A stretch of 35,289 nucleotides of DNA from an uncultured Acidobacteriota bacterium (lineage in GTDB: Bacteria > Acidobacteriota > Polarisedimenticolia > J045), in contig CAVPCQ010000004.1 of the NCBI GenBank assembly GCA_963702425.1, positions 1-35,289 of the forward strand. Direction: 5' to 3'. Positions within the stretch are counted from its first letter, which is position 1. The number at the start of each line of letters is the position of its first letter. Both the position numbers and the translations under genes were made by a program. Of the stretch, positions 16,662 to 26,362 are shown in pieces. Under the pieces are notes generated by a model. The model was given only the letters and a program-made list of their open reading frames with translations. It had not been told where the DNA came from and made no database searches.

Positions 16662-17314
16662 TCTTCCTCTCCGACCCGCCGCTCGCCCCCGTCCGCACCG
16701 ACGGTCTCGTGCGCCTCTCCCTTCCGGAGGGGGCGCGACCGCTCGACCTCCGGGCGCTGTTCGGCAACGAGCAGCCGGTCGAGCTGGAGGTCGGGATCGG
16801 CAAGGGGCGCTTCGTCGCGCTGGCCGCGGCTGCCTATCCCGGGACCAACTTCGTCGGGCTGGAGTACGCCCGGTGCTACCACGAGCAGGCGGTCGAGCGC
16901 GTCGGCAAGCGCGGGTTCACCAACGTGCGGCTGGCTCACGCCGAGGCCGCGGCGTTCGTGCGCGAGCGGTTGGCCGACGGGTCGATCGCGGCGGTGCACC
17001 TCTACTTCCCCGACCCGTGGCCGAAAAAGCGCCACCACAAGCGGCGCTTCGTGCAGCCGGCGAACCTCGACCAGTTGGCGCGGGTCATGCAGCCGGGTGC
17101 GCTCTTCCGCGCCGTCACCGATCACCCCGGCTACGCGGAGTGGATCGCCGCGCAGCTGGCGCAGGCCGGGGCGTTCGCGGACGCGGGGGCGGGGCAGACG
17201 CTGTGGGACCTGCCGGGGATGGGGGATCACACGGTGCTGGGGGTGACCAACTTCGAGATCAAGTACCGGCGCGAGGGGCGGCCGATCCACCGCTTCGCCT
17301 GGATCCGGCGCTGA
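16658..17314 (+). CDS. trmB: tRNA (guanine-N7)-methyltransferase
   Basis: LEVGIGKGRF, YFPDPWPKKRHHKRR, TD, TNFEIKY. Confidence 0.95.
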   Translation: MIFLSDPPLAPVRTDGLVRLSLPEGARPLDLRALFGNEQPVELEVGIGKGRFVALAAAAYPGTNFVGLEYARCYHEQAVERVGKRGFTNVRLAHAEAAAFVRERLADGSIAAVHLYFPDPWPKKRHHKRRFVQPANLDQLARVMQPGALFRAVTDHPGYAEWIAAQLAQAGAFADAGAGQTLWDLPGMGDHTVLGVTNFEIKYRREGRPIHRFAWIRR

Positions 17315-17407
17315 GCGGCAGCGCCGCGCCTGGCTCCACTCCCGCGCGCGGGACGGTGGGGCGCGCGCGGCGCAGACGGCGGTGACAGCGCGCCGCATCA
17401 TCGTTGG

Positions 17408-18642
17408 GTGAGCAGCTCCGGCCGCATCGATCCAGCTGGCGACGACGCGCGGCTTCGCGGCTGGCTGCGCCTCGCGCGCTGCCGTCGGCTCGCGGTGCGC
17501 GACGCCGCCGCGCTGGTGCAGCAGGCGGGCGGCGCCGCGGCGCTCGCCGCGCCGGACCCGGACGGCTGGCGCGAGCGCGGCCTGCCCGGGGAGGCGATCG
17601 CCGCGCTCGCCGATCCCGCGCTCTCGCGCGCGCTCGACGAGGAGCGGGCGCGGACCGCGGCCGCGGGCTGGGCCCTGATCGACCGCGACGACCCGCGCTA
17701 CCCGCCGCTGCTGCTCGAGCTGGCCGTCCCGCCGCCGGTGCTTGCCGTGCGCGGCGACCTCGATGCGCTGCGCGCCGGAGGCGCGGCCATCGTCGGCGCG
17801 CGCGCCGCGACCGACTACGGCCAGCGCGCGGCGCGCAGCCTGGCGCGCGATCTCGCGGCGGCGGGGATCGTCGTGGTCAGCGGGCTGGCCCGCGGGGTGG
17901 ACGCGGCGGCACACCGCGCGACGCTCGACGCCGGGGGCCGCACGGTGGCGGTGATGGGGACCGGGATCGATCGCGTCTATCCCGCCGAGCACCGGGCGCT
18001 GGCCGACGCGATCGCGGACCGCGGCGCCCTCGTCACCGAGTTCGGGCCGCGCGAGCTGCCGCTCACGTACCACTTCCCGCGCCGCAACCGGATCATCGCG
18101 GCGCTCTCGTGGGCGGTGGTCGTGGTCGAGGCCGATCGGACCTCGGGCTCGCTCTCGACCGCGCGCTGGGCGGCCGAGCAGGGGCGCGTCGTGCTCGCGG
18201 TCCCCGGGCGGATCGGCGACCCGGGAAGCGAGGGTCCGCTCGCGCTGCTGCGCGACGGCGCCCCGCCGGCCACCTGCGGCGCCGACGTCTGGGCCGCCTT
18301 TCCCGCTGCGGCTCGCCCCCCGGGCGTTGGGCCGGAGCGGCCCGGAGTCGGCCCGGCTGCGGCGTCCGGAGCCGGCGGCGGTCCCGCCGCCTCGCCGGGC
18401 CGAGCGGAGTTCCGCTTGCCATCCGGGTACCCGGCGTCGTATGACCGCGTGCTCGGTGCGCTGGGCGGCCGGGATCCGGTCCACCTCGACCACGTCGTGG
18501 AGGCCGCTCAAGTCTCGACGGAAGAGGCACTTGCCGCGCTGTTTGCGCTCCAGGTGGCGGGCTGGGTGGAGGCCGTTCCGGGGGGGCGCTACCGGCGCTC
18601 CGGGACGGCCGGCGGGGGGGAGGCCCAGGCGGCCAGGTTTGA
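17408..18642 (+). CDS. dprA: DNA-processing protein DprA (true stop probably obscured by an indel)
   Basis: AIVGAR, VVSGLARGVDAAAH, GTGID.VYP, FPRRNRIIAALS, SGSLSTA, AVPG and a C-terminal winged helix ending PGGRY. As given the frame runs to 19279 across topA; one extra G in the G7 run at 18614-18620 would put TGA 18640-18642 in frame. Confidence 0.92.
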
Positions 18643-18667
18643 CACCCCCCCGGGACGGGGCTATCCA
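18639..18667 (+). promoter_or_regulatory. Putative topA promoter
   Basis: Perfect TTGACA, 17-nt spacer, then TATCCA (imperfect -10), ~60 nt before the topA GTG. Confidence 0.45.
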
Positions 18668-18726
18668 TACCGGCGCTCGACGGGTCCTGCCCGGCGCGGG
18701 AGCCTGGAATCGGACGGGGGACGGAC

Positions 18727-21207
18727 GTGGCGAAGAACCTGGTCATCGTCGAATCGCCGGCCAAGGCGAAGACGATCAACAAGTTCCTGGGGAAGGACTT
18801 CAAGGTCAAAGCCTCGATGGGGCACGTCCGCGACCTCCCCAAGAACCCGAAGAAGAAAGACGACAAGGACTGGATCGGGATCGACGAGAAGAAGGCCTTC
18901 CGTCCCCACTACGAGGTCCTCCCCGACAAGAAGAAAGTCGTCGACGAGATCCTGCGCGCCGCCGAGGACGCCGAGACGATCCTGCTCGCCGCCGACCCCG
19001 ACCGCGAAGGCGAGGCGATCTGCTGGCACATCGCCGAGATCCTGCGCGGGAAGAAGCTCGAGCGGCCGATCCAGCGGATCCTCTTCAACGAGATCACCAA
19101 GAAGGCCGTGCAGGAGGCGATCCATCACGGCGGCCCGATCGACGGCGCCATGGTCGAGGCCCAGGAGACGCGCCGGATCCTCGACCGGATCGTCGGCTAC
19201 CGCCTCTCGCCGCTGCTCTGGGACAAGGTCCGCCGCGGGCTGTCGGCCGGGCGCGTCCAGACCGTCGCAGTCCGGATGATCGTCGACCGCGAGAACGAGA
19301 TCCGCGCCTTCAAGACGACCGAGTACTGGACCGTCGCGGCCACGCTCGAGCCGGGAGGGCGGGCGCCGTTCGAGGCCCGGCTGGTCCGCTGGCAGGGCGA
19401 CAAGGTCCCGTGGAAGAAAGAGGACGGCGACCTCCGCGTCGCCGCGCTGCCCGACGAAGCCGCGGCCCAGGCGGTCGTCGCGCACGCGGCGGCACACCCG
19501 TTCGTCGTCGAGTCGATCGAGGCCAAGCGCTCGAAGAGCACCTCGCCGCCGCCGTTCATCACCAGCAAGCTGCAGCAGGAGTCGGCGCGCCGCTTCCGCT
19601 TCACCGTGCGGCGCACGATGTCCCTGGCGCAGGCGCTCTACGAGGGCAAGGAGATCGGCGACGAGGGGCTGGTCGGTCTGATCACCTACATGCGCACCGA
19701 CTCCACCCGTGTCGCCGACGAGGCGCTGGCCGCGGTGCGCGAGCACATCGCCCGGACCTACGGCGCCGACTACCTGCCCCCGCAGCCGCGCACCTTCCGC
19801 CAGGCGAAGGCCGCGCAGGATGCGCACGAGGCGATCCGCCCGACCTCGATGGAGAACACCCCCGAGAAGCTGGCGCGCTACCTCAACCCCGACGAGCTGA
19901 AGCTCTACACCCTGATCTGGAACCGCTTCGTCGCCTCGCAGATGAACCCCGCCGAGTTCGACGTCACGACGGTCGAGATCCGGGCCGGGGACGCGGAGTT
20001 CCGCGCCGAGGGACGCGTGATGCGCTTCCCCGGCTGGCTCGCCGTCTACCAGGAGGCGCGCGAGGAGGAGGACCCCGACAGCGGCGAGCCCGCCGAAGGC
20101 TCGCTCCCGGCGCTCGAGGAAAAGGAACGGCTGACGGCCGGGGCCGTCCAGCCGACGCAGAACTTCACCCAGCCGCCGCCGCGTTTCAGCGAGGCCTCGC
20201 TGGTCAAGGCGCTCGAGGAGAACGGGATCGGCCGGCCCTCGACCTACGCCTCGATCCTGTCGGTGATCTCCAGCCAGGAGTACGTCGAGAAGCGTGAGGG
20301 GCGTTTCTTCCCGACCCGTCTGGGCGAGATCGTCGTCGAACAGCTGGTGCGCCACTTCCCCGACATCTTCGAGGTCGGCTACACGGCCGAGCTGGAGCGC
20401 GAACTCGACAAGATCGAGGAGGGGACCAAGGCCAAGCTCCTTACGCTCGAGGAGTTCAACGGCAAGTTCGCGCGCGACCTCGCCACGGCGCGCAAGGACA
20501 TGGAGAACATCAAGGCCCGCAAGACCCCGACCGACCAGAAGTGCGAGCTGTGCGGAAAGACGATGGTGATCCGCTTCGGCCGCTTCGGCGAGTTCCTGAC
20601 CTGCGAGGACTACCCGAAGTGCAAGAACTCGCGAGACCTGCACGAAAACGGCAAGCCCGCGATCGACGTCGACGAGACCTGCCCGGAGTGCGGCGGCGAG
20701 ATGGTCCTGCGCAGCGGCAAGTGGGGGCCTTTCCTCGCCTGCACCAAGTACCCGTCCTGCAAGGGGACGCGCAAGGTCAAGGTGACGGGCGACAAGATCG
20801 AAGTGCGGCGCGAGGTCGTGCTCGAGGACAAGTGCCCGAAGTGCGGCAAGAACCTCTCGAAGAAGCACGGCCGCTCGGGCGAGTTCGTCGGCTGCACCGG
20901 CTATCCCGAGTGCCGGTACATCAAGCAGGACGAAACCGGCGTGAGCTGCCCGAAGTGCAGCAAGATGATCGTCGGCCGCAAGAGCAAGCGCGGGAAGACG
21001 TTCTTCGGCTGCAGCGGCTACCCCGCCTGCGACTTCGTGCTCTGGAAGCGGCCGGTCGCCAGCCCCTGCCCGTCGTGCGGCCGGACCTATCGGCTGGAGT
21101 CGGTGACGAAGAAGTTCGGCCGGCAGCTGATCTGCGACGCCGAGGGGTGCGGGCACAAGGAGACGCTCGAGCCCTCCGCCGGGCCGCGCACCGCCGCGGC
21201 GCTCTGA
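18727..21207 (+). CDS. topA: DNA topoisomerase I with five C-terminal zinc ribbons
   Basis: LVIVESPAKAKTI, DPDREGEAI, SAGRVQ, ITYMRTDS, AQDAHEAIRPT, GIGRPSTYA; five CxxC...C ribbon units. Confidence 0.98.
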   Translation: MAKNLVIVESPAKAKTINKFLGKDFKVKASMGHVRDLPKNPKKKDDKDWIGIDEKKAFRPHYEVLPDKKKVVDEILRAAEDAETILLAADPDREGEAICWHIAEILRGKKLERPIQRILFNEITKKAVQEAIHHGGPIDGAMVEAQETRRILDRIVGYRLSPLLWDKVRRGLSAGRVQTVAVRMIVDRENEIRAFKTTEYWTVAATLEPGGRAPFEARLVRWQGDKVPWKKEDGDLRVAALPDEAAAQAVVAHAAAHPFVVESIEAKRSKSTSPPPFITSKLQQESARRFRFTVRRTMSLAQALYEGKEIGDEGLVGLITYMRTDSTRVADEALAAVREHIARTYGADYLPPQPRTFRQAKAAQDAHEAIRPTSMENTPEKLARYLNPDELKLYTLIWNRFVASQMNPAEFDVTTVEIRAGDAEFRAEGRVMRFPGWLAVYQEAREEEDPDSGEPAEGSLPALEEKERLTAGAVQPTQNFTQPPPRFSEASLVKALEENGIGRPSTYASILSVISSQEYVEKREGRFFPTRLGEIVVEQLVRHFPDIFEVGYTAELERELDKIEEGTKAKLLTLEEFNGKFARDLATARKDMENIKARKTPTDQKCELCGKTMVIRFGRFGEFLTCEDYPKCKNSRDLHENGKPAIDVDETCPECGGEMVLRSGKWGPFLACTKYPSCKGTRKVKVTGDKIEVRREVVLEDKCPKCGKNLSKKHGRSGEFVGCTGYPECRYIKQDETGVSCPKCSKMIVGRKSKRGKTFFGCSGYPACDFVLWKRPVASPCPSCGRTYRLESVTKKFGRQLICDAEGCGHKETLEPSAGPRTAAAL

Positions 21208-21214
21208 CCCGGCG

Positions 21215-22570
21215 ATGGGCGCGCCCGACGCGCTGGGCGAGGTCCTGCCGCTCTGGAGCGTGATCCCGTTCGCCGGGATCCTGCTGTCGATCGCGGTCTT
21301 TCCGCTCGTCGCGCCGCACTTCTGGCACCGGCACTACCCCAAGGTCTCGGCCGCCTGGGCGCTGGTCTTCGCGCTGCCTTTCGTCTGGGCCTTCGGCGGG
21401 CGGGCGCTGCACGAGATCGCTCACATCGCCCTGATCGACTACGTGCCGTTCCTGATCCTGCTGTTCGGCCTTTTCACGGTGTCGGGCGGCCTCGTGCTGC
21501 GGGGGTCGCTCCGCGGAACGCCGGCGGTCAACACGGGGATGCTCCTCGCGGGAACGCTGCTCGCGTCGTGGATCGGCACGACCGGTGCGGCGATGGTGTT
21601 GATCCGTCCGCTCCTGCGCGCCAACGCGAGGCGCCGGCACAAGGTTCACACACTGGTCTTCTTCATCTTCCTGGTTGCCAACGTCGGCGGCTCGCTGACC
21701 CCGCTCGGCGACCCGCCGCTGTTCCTGGGGTTCCTGCACGGCGTGCCATTCTTCTGGACGCTGCACCTGATCGGTCCGATGGCCCTGACCGCCGGCCTGA
21801 TGCTGGCGGTCTACGCCGCGATCGAGCGGCGGCGCTACCGCCAGGAAGGGCCGCTCCCGGCGGCCGCCGGGGGCCGCGTGCCGCTCTCGCTCGCCGGAAC
21901 GCACAACCTGCTCTTTCTGGCGGGCATCCTCGCCGCGGTGCTGATGAGCGGGACTTGGAAGGACGCAGGGACGATCTCCCTGCTGGGGATTCCGGTCGAG
22001 ATCCAGAACGTCGCGCGCGACCTGCTGATTGTCGTCATCGCGCTCTTGTCGCTGCTCTCGACGAAGAAGGCGCTGCGGCGCGAGAACGAGTTCTCATGGG
22101 GGCCGATCAAGGAGGTCGCGTACCTCTTCGCCGCGATCTTCATGACGATCATCCCGGCGCTCGCGATTCTCCACGCGGGCGAGCGTGGAGCGCTGGGCTT
22201 CCTGATCCAGGAGGTGACGCATCCGGCGCGCTACTTCTGGGCCGCCGGAACGCTGTCTTCGTTCCTCGACAACGCGCCGACCTACCTGACGTTCCTGGCG
22301 ACCGCGCTGGGCCGCTTCTATCCCGGGATGCCGGAGGCGCAGGCGATCCACGAGCTGATCGCCACGCACCACATCTACCTGCTGGCGATCTCCGCGGGCG
22401 CGGTCTTCATGGGTGCCAACACCTATATCGGCAACGCGCCCAACTTCATGGTCAAGGCGATCGCCGAGGAGAGCGGGATCGAGATGCCGTCGTTCTTCGG
22501 CTACATCCTGCGCTGGACGCTGCCGGTCAACATCCCGATCTTCCTGGTCGTCACCTGGGTCTTCTTCTAG
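21215..22570 (+). CDS. Putative sodium:proton antiporter (ion transporter superfamily)
   Basis: Polytopic membrane protein with IGTTGA, ANVGGSLTPLGDPPLFLGFL, LSSFLDNAPTY and TYIGNAPNFMVK. Confidence 0.85.
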   Translation: MGAPDALGEVLPLWSVIPFAGILLSIAVFPLVAPHFWHRHYPKVSAAWALVFALPFVWAFGGRALHEIAHIALIDYVPFLILLFGLFTVSGGLVLRGSLRGTPAVNTGMLLAGTLLASWIGTTGAAMVLIRPLLRANARRRHKVHTLVFFIFLVANVGGSLTPLGDPPLFLGFLHGVPFFWTLHLIGPMALTAGLMLAVYAAIERRRYRQEGPLPAAAGGRVPLSLAGTHNLLFLAGILAAVLMSGTWKDAGTISLLGIPVEIQNVARDLLIVVIALLSLLSTKKALRRENEFSWGPIKEVAYLFAAIFMTIIPALAILHAGERGALGFLIQEVTHPARYFWAAGTLSSFLDNAPTYLTFLATALGRFYPGMPEAQAIHELIATHHIYLLAISAGAVFMGANTYIGNAPNFMVKAIAEESGIEMPSFFGYILRWTLPVNIPIFLVVTWVFF

Positions 22571-22605
22571 GTGGCCGCGGGACCGTCCGGTCGCTACCAT
22601 GGTCC

Positions 22606-23997
22606 ATGGTCCCGGTGCGTCGCGTGCGGATCGTCGGCGGAGGCCTCGCGGGAAGCGAGGCCGCGTGGCAGCTGGCGTCGCGCGGGGTCCCGGTGGTGCT
22701 GCACGAGATGCGGCCGGTCCAGGGGAACCCGATCCACCGCACCGGGCAGCTGGCCGAGCTGGTCTGCTCGAACTCCTTCAAGTCGTTGGAGCTGGCCAAC
22801 GCCCACGGTCTTCTGAAGGCCGAGCTGCGGGCCGTCGGGTCGCTCGTGATGTCGTGCGCCGAGGCGGCGCAGCTCCCGGCCGGCGCCGCGCTGGCGGTCG
22901 ACCGCGAGTTGTTCGCCGCCCGGGTGACCCGCACCCTGGAAGATCACCCGCTGGTCGAGATCGTCCGTGAGGAGGTCACCGCGATCCCGGCCGACGGCCC
23001 GACCATCCTCGCCGCCGGCCCGCTCTGCTCGGAAGCGCTGGCGCGCGCGATCGCCGACTTCACCGGCGAGTCGAACCTGGCCTTCTACGACGCCGTCAGC
23101 CCGGTGGTCGAGGGTGAGTCGATCGACCCGGCGATCGCCTTCCGCGCCTCGCGCTACGGCAAGGGGGAGGGGAGCGACTACCTGAACTGCCCGATGACGC
23201 GCGAGGAGTACGACGCGTTCTACGACGCGCTCCTCGCGGCGACGCGGGCCGACCTGCACGACTTCGACCGCGAGCTGCTGTTCGAGGGCTGCCTGCCGAT
23301 CGAGGAGCTGGCGCTGCGCGGCCGCGATACGCTGCGCTTCGGCCCGATGAAGCCGGTCGGCCTGACCGACCCGCGAACCGGTCGGCGCCCCTGGGCCGTG
23401 GTCCAGCTGCGACAGGACAACCTGGCGGCGACCCACTGGAGCATGGTCGGGTTCCAGAACCGGCTCGGCTGGGGCGAGCAGCCGCGGATTTTCCGGATGA
23501 TCCCGGGGCTCGAGCAGGCCGAGATCCTCAAGCTCGGAATGATCCACCGCAACACCTTCATCAACGCGCCACGGGTGCTCGGCCCGACCTTCCAGGCCCG
23601 GGCGCGGGCCGACCTCTTCTTCGCGGGGCAGATCTCGGGGGTCGAGGGGTACACCGAATCGACAGCCTCGGGGCTGATCACCGGCCTCGGCGCGCTGGCC
23701 CTGCTGCGCGGAGAGGAGCCGCCGGTTTTCCCGGCCGAGACGGCCTTGGGGTCGCTCCAGCGCTACGTCGCGGGGTCCGACCCCGAACATTACCAGCCCA
23801 CGAACATCGCTTTCGGCCTGTTGCCGTCCCTTTCCGACGCGCCGCGCGGAAAGCGCGAGCGCAAGCGGGCCCTCTCCGAACGGGCGCTCTCCGCCCTCTC
23901 GACTTATCTTTCCCGGCAAACTCCCCCGGGTGCCGGCGTCCCGCCTGCCCCGGAGGAACAGGAGCCTGCCGTAGCCCGGCCTGGAGGTCGTGGATGA
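22606..23997 (+). CDS. trmFO: Methylenetetrahydrofolate--tRNA-(uracil-5)-methyltransferase
   Basis: GGGLAGSEAAWQ, AELVCSNS, GALAVDR, FYDA, FGPMKPVGL, VQLRQDN, HRNTFIN, AGQISGVEGYTES. Confidence 0.97.
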   Translation: MVPVRRVRIVGGGLAGSEAAWQLASRGVPVVLHEMRPVQGNPIHRTGQLAELVCSNSFKSLELANAHGLLKAELRAVGSLVMSCAEAAQLPAGAALAVDRELFAARVTRTLEDHPLVEIVREEVTAIPADGPTILAAGPLCSEALARAIADFTGESNLAFYDAVSPVVEGESIDPAIAFRASRYGKGEGSDYLNCPMTREEYDAFYDALLAATRADLHDFDRELLFEGCLPIEELALRGRDTLRFGPMKPVGLTDPRTGRRPWAVVQLRQDNLAATHWSMVGFQNRLGWGEQPRIFRMIPGLEQAEILKLGMIHRNTFINAPRVLGPTFQARARADLFFAGQISGVEGYTESTASGLITGLGALALLRGEEPPVFPAETALGSLQRYVAGSDPEHYQPTNIAFGLLPSLSDAPRGKRERKRALSERALSALSTYLSRQTPPGAGVPPAPEEQEPAVARPGGRG

Positions 23998-24680
23998 GCC
24001 GCTCGCCCGACGTGCCCGCCCGACGGCGCTCGGACGCCTACTTCGCCGCATCGTTCGAGGTGGCCCGCCGCCTCGCCGAGGGACGGGGCGAGGAGGCGGT
24101 CGGCGTCCTGCGGCGCGAGCTCGACCGGACCCGAACTTCGGACGATTCCGCGGGGCGACGCTTCCTCTTGTCGCAGATTGCGCTCTGTCACTCGCGCATG
24201 GGGCAGAACGAAGCCGTGTCGCGCTCGCTCGAGGAGATCGAAGAGGACCTGCCGCAGGAGGCCGAGACCGCGCTGCTCCTGGCCGAGGGGTACCTGCTGC
24301 TGCTCGGCAACCCGGAGCGCGCGTCGCACCACGCCGCGCTCGCGCTGCAATGGGCCGAGGAGGAGTCCGAGCAGGCGCCGGAGATCACCTCGCGTGCGCA
24401 CACGCTGATGGCCCGGGCGCTGATGGCGGGGGCCGACCTGCTGGGCGCGTTCGGCGCCTGGGCGGCGTCGCCGCTCCCCGACTGGCGCGTCGCGGTCGAG
24501 CTGATCGAGGCCGGCTACAACCCGCACAAGGTGCGCGAAGTGCTGGCCGACGCTCTGCCGCGCCACATCGACAACGAGCGCCGGCACGGCGCCGGGGCGG
24601 TCGCCTCATCGGACCAGGTGCGCCGGCTGATCATGTGGATCGACGGCGGCTGCCAGAGAAAGCCCTCGCAGACGGTGTAG
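23994..24680 (+). CDS. Hypothetical all-helical (TPR-like) protein
   Basis: ATGA overlap with the trmFO stop; amphipathic helical pairs (IALCHSRMGQNEAV, LGNPERASHHAALAL). Confidence 0.7.
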   Translation: MSRSPDVPARRRSDAYFAASFEVARRLAEGRGEEAVGVLRRELDRTRTSDDSAGRRFLLSQIALCHSRMGQNEAVSRSLEEIEEDLPQEAETALLLAEGYLLLLGNPERASHHAALALQWAEEESEQAPEITSRAHTLMARALMAGADLLGAFGAWAASPLPDWRVAVELIEAGYNPHKVREVLADALPRHIDNERRHGAGAVASSDQVRRLIMWIDGGCQRKPSQTV

Positions 24681-24693
24681 CATCGTCGCCACG

Positions 24694-25590
24694 GTGCGCG
24701 ACCGGATCCAGGAATTTCTCGACGTCCTCGCCCTCGACCGGGACCAGAGCCCGAACACGGTCCGCTCGTACGCGAAGGACCTCTCCGACCTGCTGGCGTT
24801 CCTGGCCGGTGACGACGATCCAGCGGCCAACGTCCCGCTCGAGACGATCGACGCGCGCGCGGTCCGGGCCTGGGTCGCCGACATGCACGCCCGCGGCCTC
24901 TCGCCGGCGACCGTGGGGCGACGGCTTTCTGCGGCGCGCTCCCTGTTCCGCTGGCTCGGGCGCGAAGGGCTCGTCGTCGACAACCCGGCCGCCACCGTGA
25001 AGAACCCCAGGCGGGCCGAGCGCCTGCCGGAGCGGCTGGACGTCGAGGACGTGCAGGCGGTACTCGAGGCGCCCGACCCTGCGACAGCCGCGGGGCTGCG
25101 CGACCGCGCACTGCTCGAGCTGACCTACGCCTGCGGCCTGCGCGTCTCCGAGCTGGTCGGGCTGGACCTCGACGACGTCGGCTTCGCCGACCGCACCGCG
25201 CGCGTGCTGGGCAAGGGGCGCAAGGAGCGGATCGTGCCGTTCGGGCGGAAGGCGGCGGCCTCGGTCAAGGCCTACCTGGCGGCCTTCTCGGAGCTGCGGC
25301 AGCGGTCGGGCGAGGAGGCGCTGTTCCTCAACCAGCGCGGCGGCCGGCTGACCGACCGCTCGGTGCGCCGGATCCTCGACGCCGCGGTGGTGCGCGCCGC
25401 GCTCCTGCGCGGCGTCCACCCGCACCTGCTGCGCCACTCGTTCGCGACGCACCTGCTCGAGTCGGGGATGGACCTGCGCGCGATCCAGGAACTGCTCGGC
25501 CACGCGCGGCTCTCGACGACGCAGCGCTACACCAAGGTCTCGCTCGAGCGGATCCTCGAGGTCTACGACAAGAGCCACCCGCGGGCCTGA
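24694..25590 (+). CDS. xerC: Tyrosine recombinase XerC
   Basis: SPNTVRSYAKDL, RDRALLELTYACGLRVSEL, LGKGRKER, HPHLLRHSFATHLL, LLGHARLSTTQRYT; located in the dprA-topA-trmFO cluster. Confidence 0.93.
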   Translation: MRDRIQEFLDVLALDRDQSPNTVRSYAKDLSDLLAFLAGDDDPAANVPLETIDARAVRAWVADMHARGLSPATVGRRLSAARSLFRWLGREGLVVDNPAATVKNPRRAERLPERLDVEDVQAVLEAPDPATAAGLRDRALLELTYACGLRVSELVGLDLDDVGFADRTARVLGKGRKERIVPFGRKAAASVKAYLAAFSELRQRSGEEALFLNQRGGRLTDRSVRRILDAAVVRAALLRGVHPHLLRHSFATHLLESGMDLRAIQELLGHARLSTTQRYTKVSLERILEVYDKSHPRA

Positions 25591-25605
25591 AGCGGGGGGG
25601 GCGGC

Positions 25606-25632
25606 CCGTGCGCCCCGGGCCGCGGCGCACGG
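25606..25632 (+). terminator. Stem-loop after xerC
   Basis: ccgtgcgcc-9 nt-ggcgcacgg perfect inverted repeat; no U-tract. Confidence 0.35.
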
Positions 25633-25665
25633 CGTCTCCTGTAGAATCGCCCGGAAAGGGCCGCG

Positions 25666-26346
25666 ATGGAGACCTATCCGCTCGAAATCCACGACGACCA
25701 CCCGATCGCCCGAATCGACGGGCGGCGCTGCCTAATCGACACCGGTTCGCCGGTCAGCATCGGTGAGCAGCCGCTCTGGCTGCTCGGCGGGCAACGCGCG
25801 CTGCAGCGCGAGGTGATGGGGCTGACGGTCGCCAGCCTGTCCGAGATGGTCGGCGCGCCGCTCGATGCGCTGCTCGGCGCCGACGTGCTCCACACCGGGC
25901 CGTTCCTCGTCGACTGGAACCACGGCACGATCGCGTTCTCGTCGGCGCCGATCCCGTTCGAGGGTACGTCCGTACCGACGCGGCGCGTGATGGGGATCCC
26001 GATCGTCACCTTCCGCGCCGGTGGCGAGGCGCTGACCGGCTTCCTGGACAGCGGCGCGAAGCTCTCCTACATGCCGGCGGAGCGGACTGACGGGCTGCCG
26101 TCCGACGGCGAGGCGGAGGACTTCTATCCCGGCTTCGGCCGCTTCACGAGCGCGACGGTCCGCGCGGCGGTCGAGCTGGGCGGCTTCCCGTTCGAGGCCC
26201 GGTTCGGCGTGCTGCCCGACCTGCTGGCGATGACGCTGGGGCTCGCCGGCGTGAGCTGGATCCTGGGGAGCGACGTCTTCAAGCAGTTCCGCGTGCTCGT
26301 CGATCTCGCCGCGTCGCGCGTCGCGGTCGCACCGCCGCCGGCGTGA
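25666..26346 (+). CDS. Tandem retropepsin-like aspartyl protease
   Basis: Two lobes: LIDTGS...LLGADVL and FLDSGA...ILGSDVF. TAGAAT and a purine-rich RBS lie upstream. Confidence 0.75.
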   Translation: METYPLEIHDDHPIARIDGRRCLIDTGSPVSIGEQPLWLLGGQRALQREVMGLTVASLSEMVGAPLDALLGADVLHTGPFLVDWNHGTIAFSSAPIPFEGTSVPTRRVMGIPIVTFRAGGEALTGFLDSGAKLSYMPAERTDGLPSDGEAEDFYPGFGRFTSATVRAAVELGGFPFEARFGVLPDLLAMTLGLAGVSWILGSDVFKQFRVLVDLAASRVAVAPPPA

Positions 26347-26362
26347 GCGGGCCGGTCCCGGC

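Noticed and set aside
17315-17409. GC-rich intergenic region ending in GTTGGGT (GTTRRRY), a possible attC
   Set aside because: No complementary RYYYAAC box, and the flanks are core genes (trmB, dprA).
17408-19279. Apparent 623-aa extended DprA or DprA-TopA fusion
   Set aside because: The extension is out of frame with topA and compositionally junk; a single-base indel explains it.
21568-22605. Long N-terminal extension on TrmFO; likewise on the ABC ATPase, Lgt, PAP2 and Mfd ORFs
   Set aside because: The extensions mostly overlap neighbouring genes and lack family motifs; downstream starts fit the family N-termini.
24694-25590. Tyrosine recombinase as a prophage or island integrase
   Set aside because: Size, motifs and the topA-trmFO context indicate housekeeping XerC; no phage genes or att repeats were seen.
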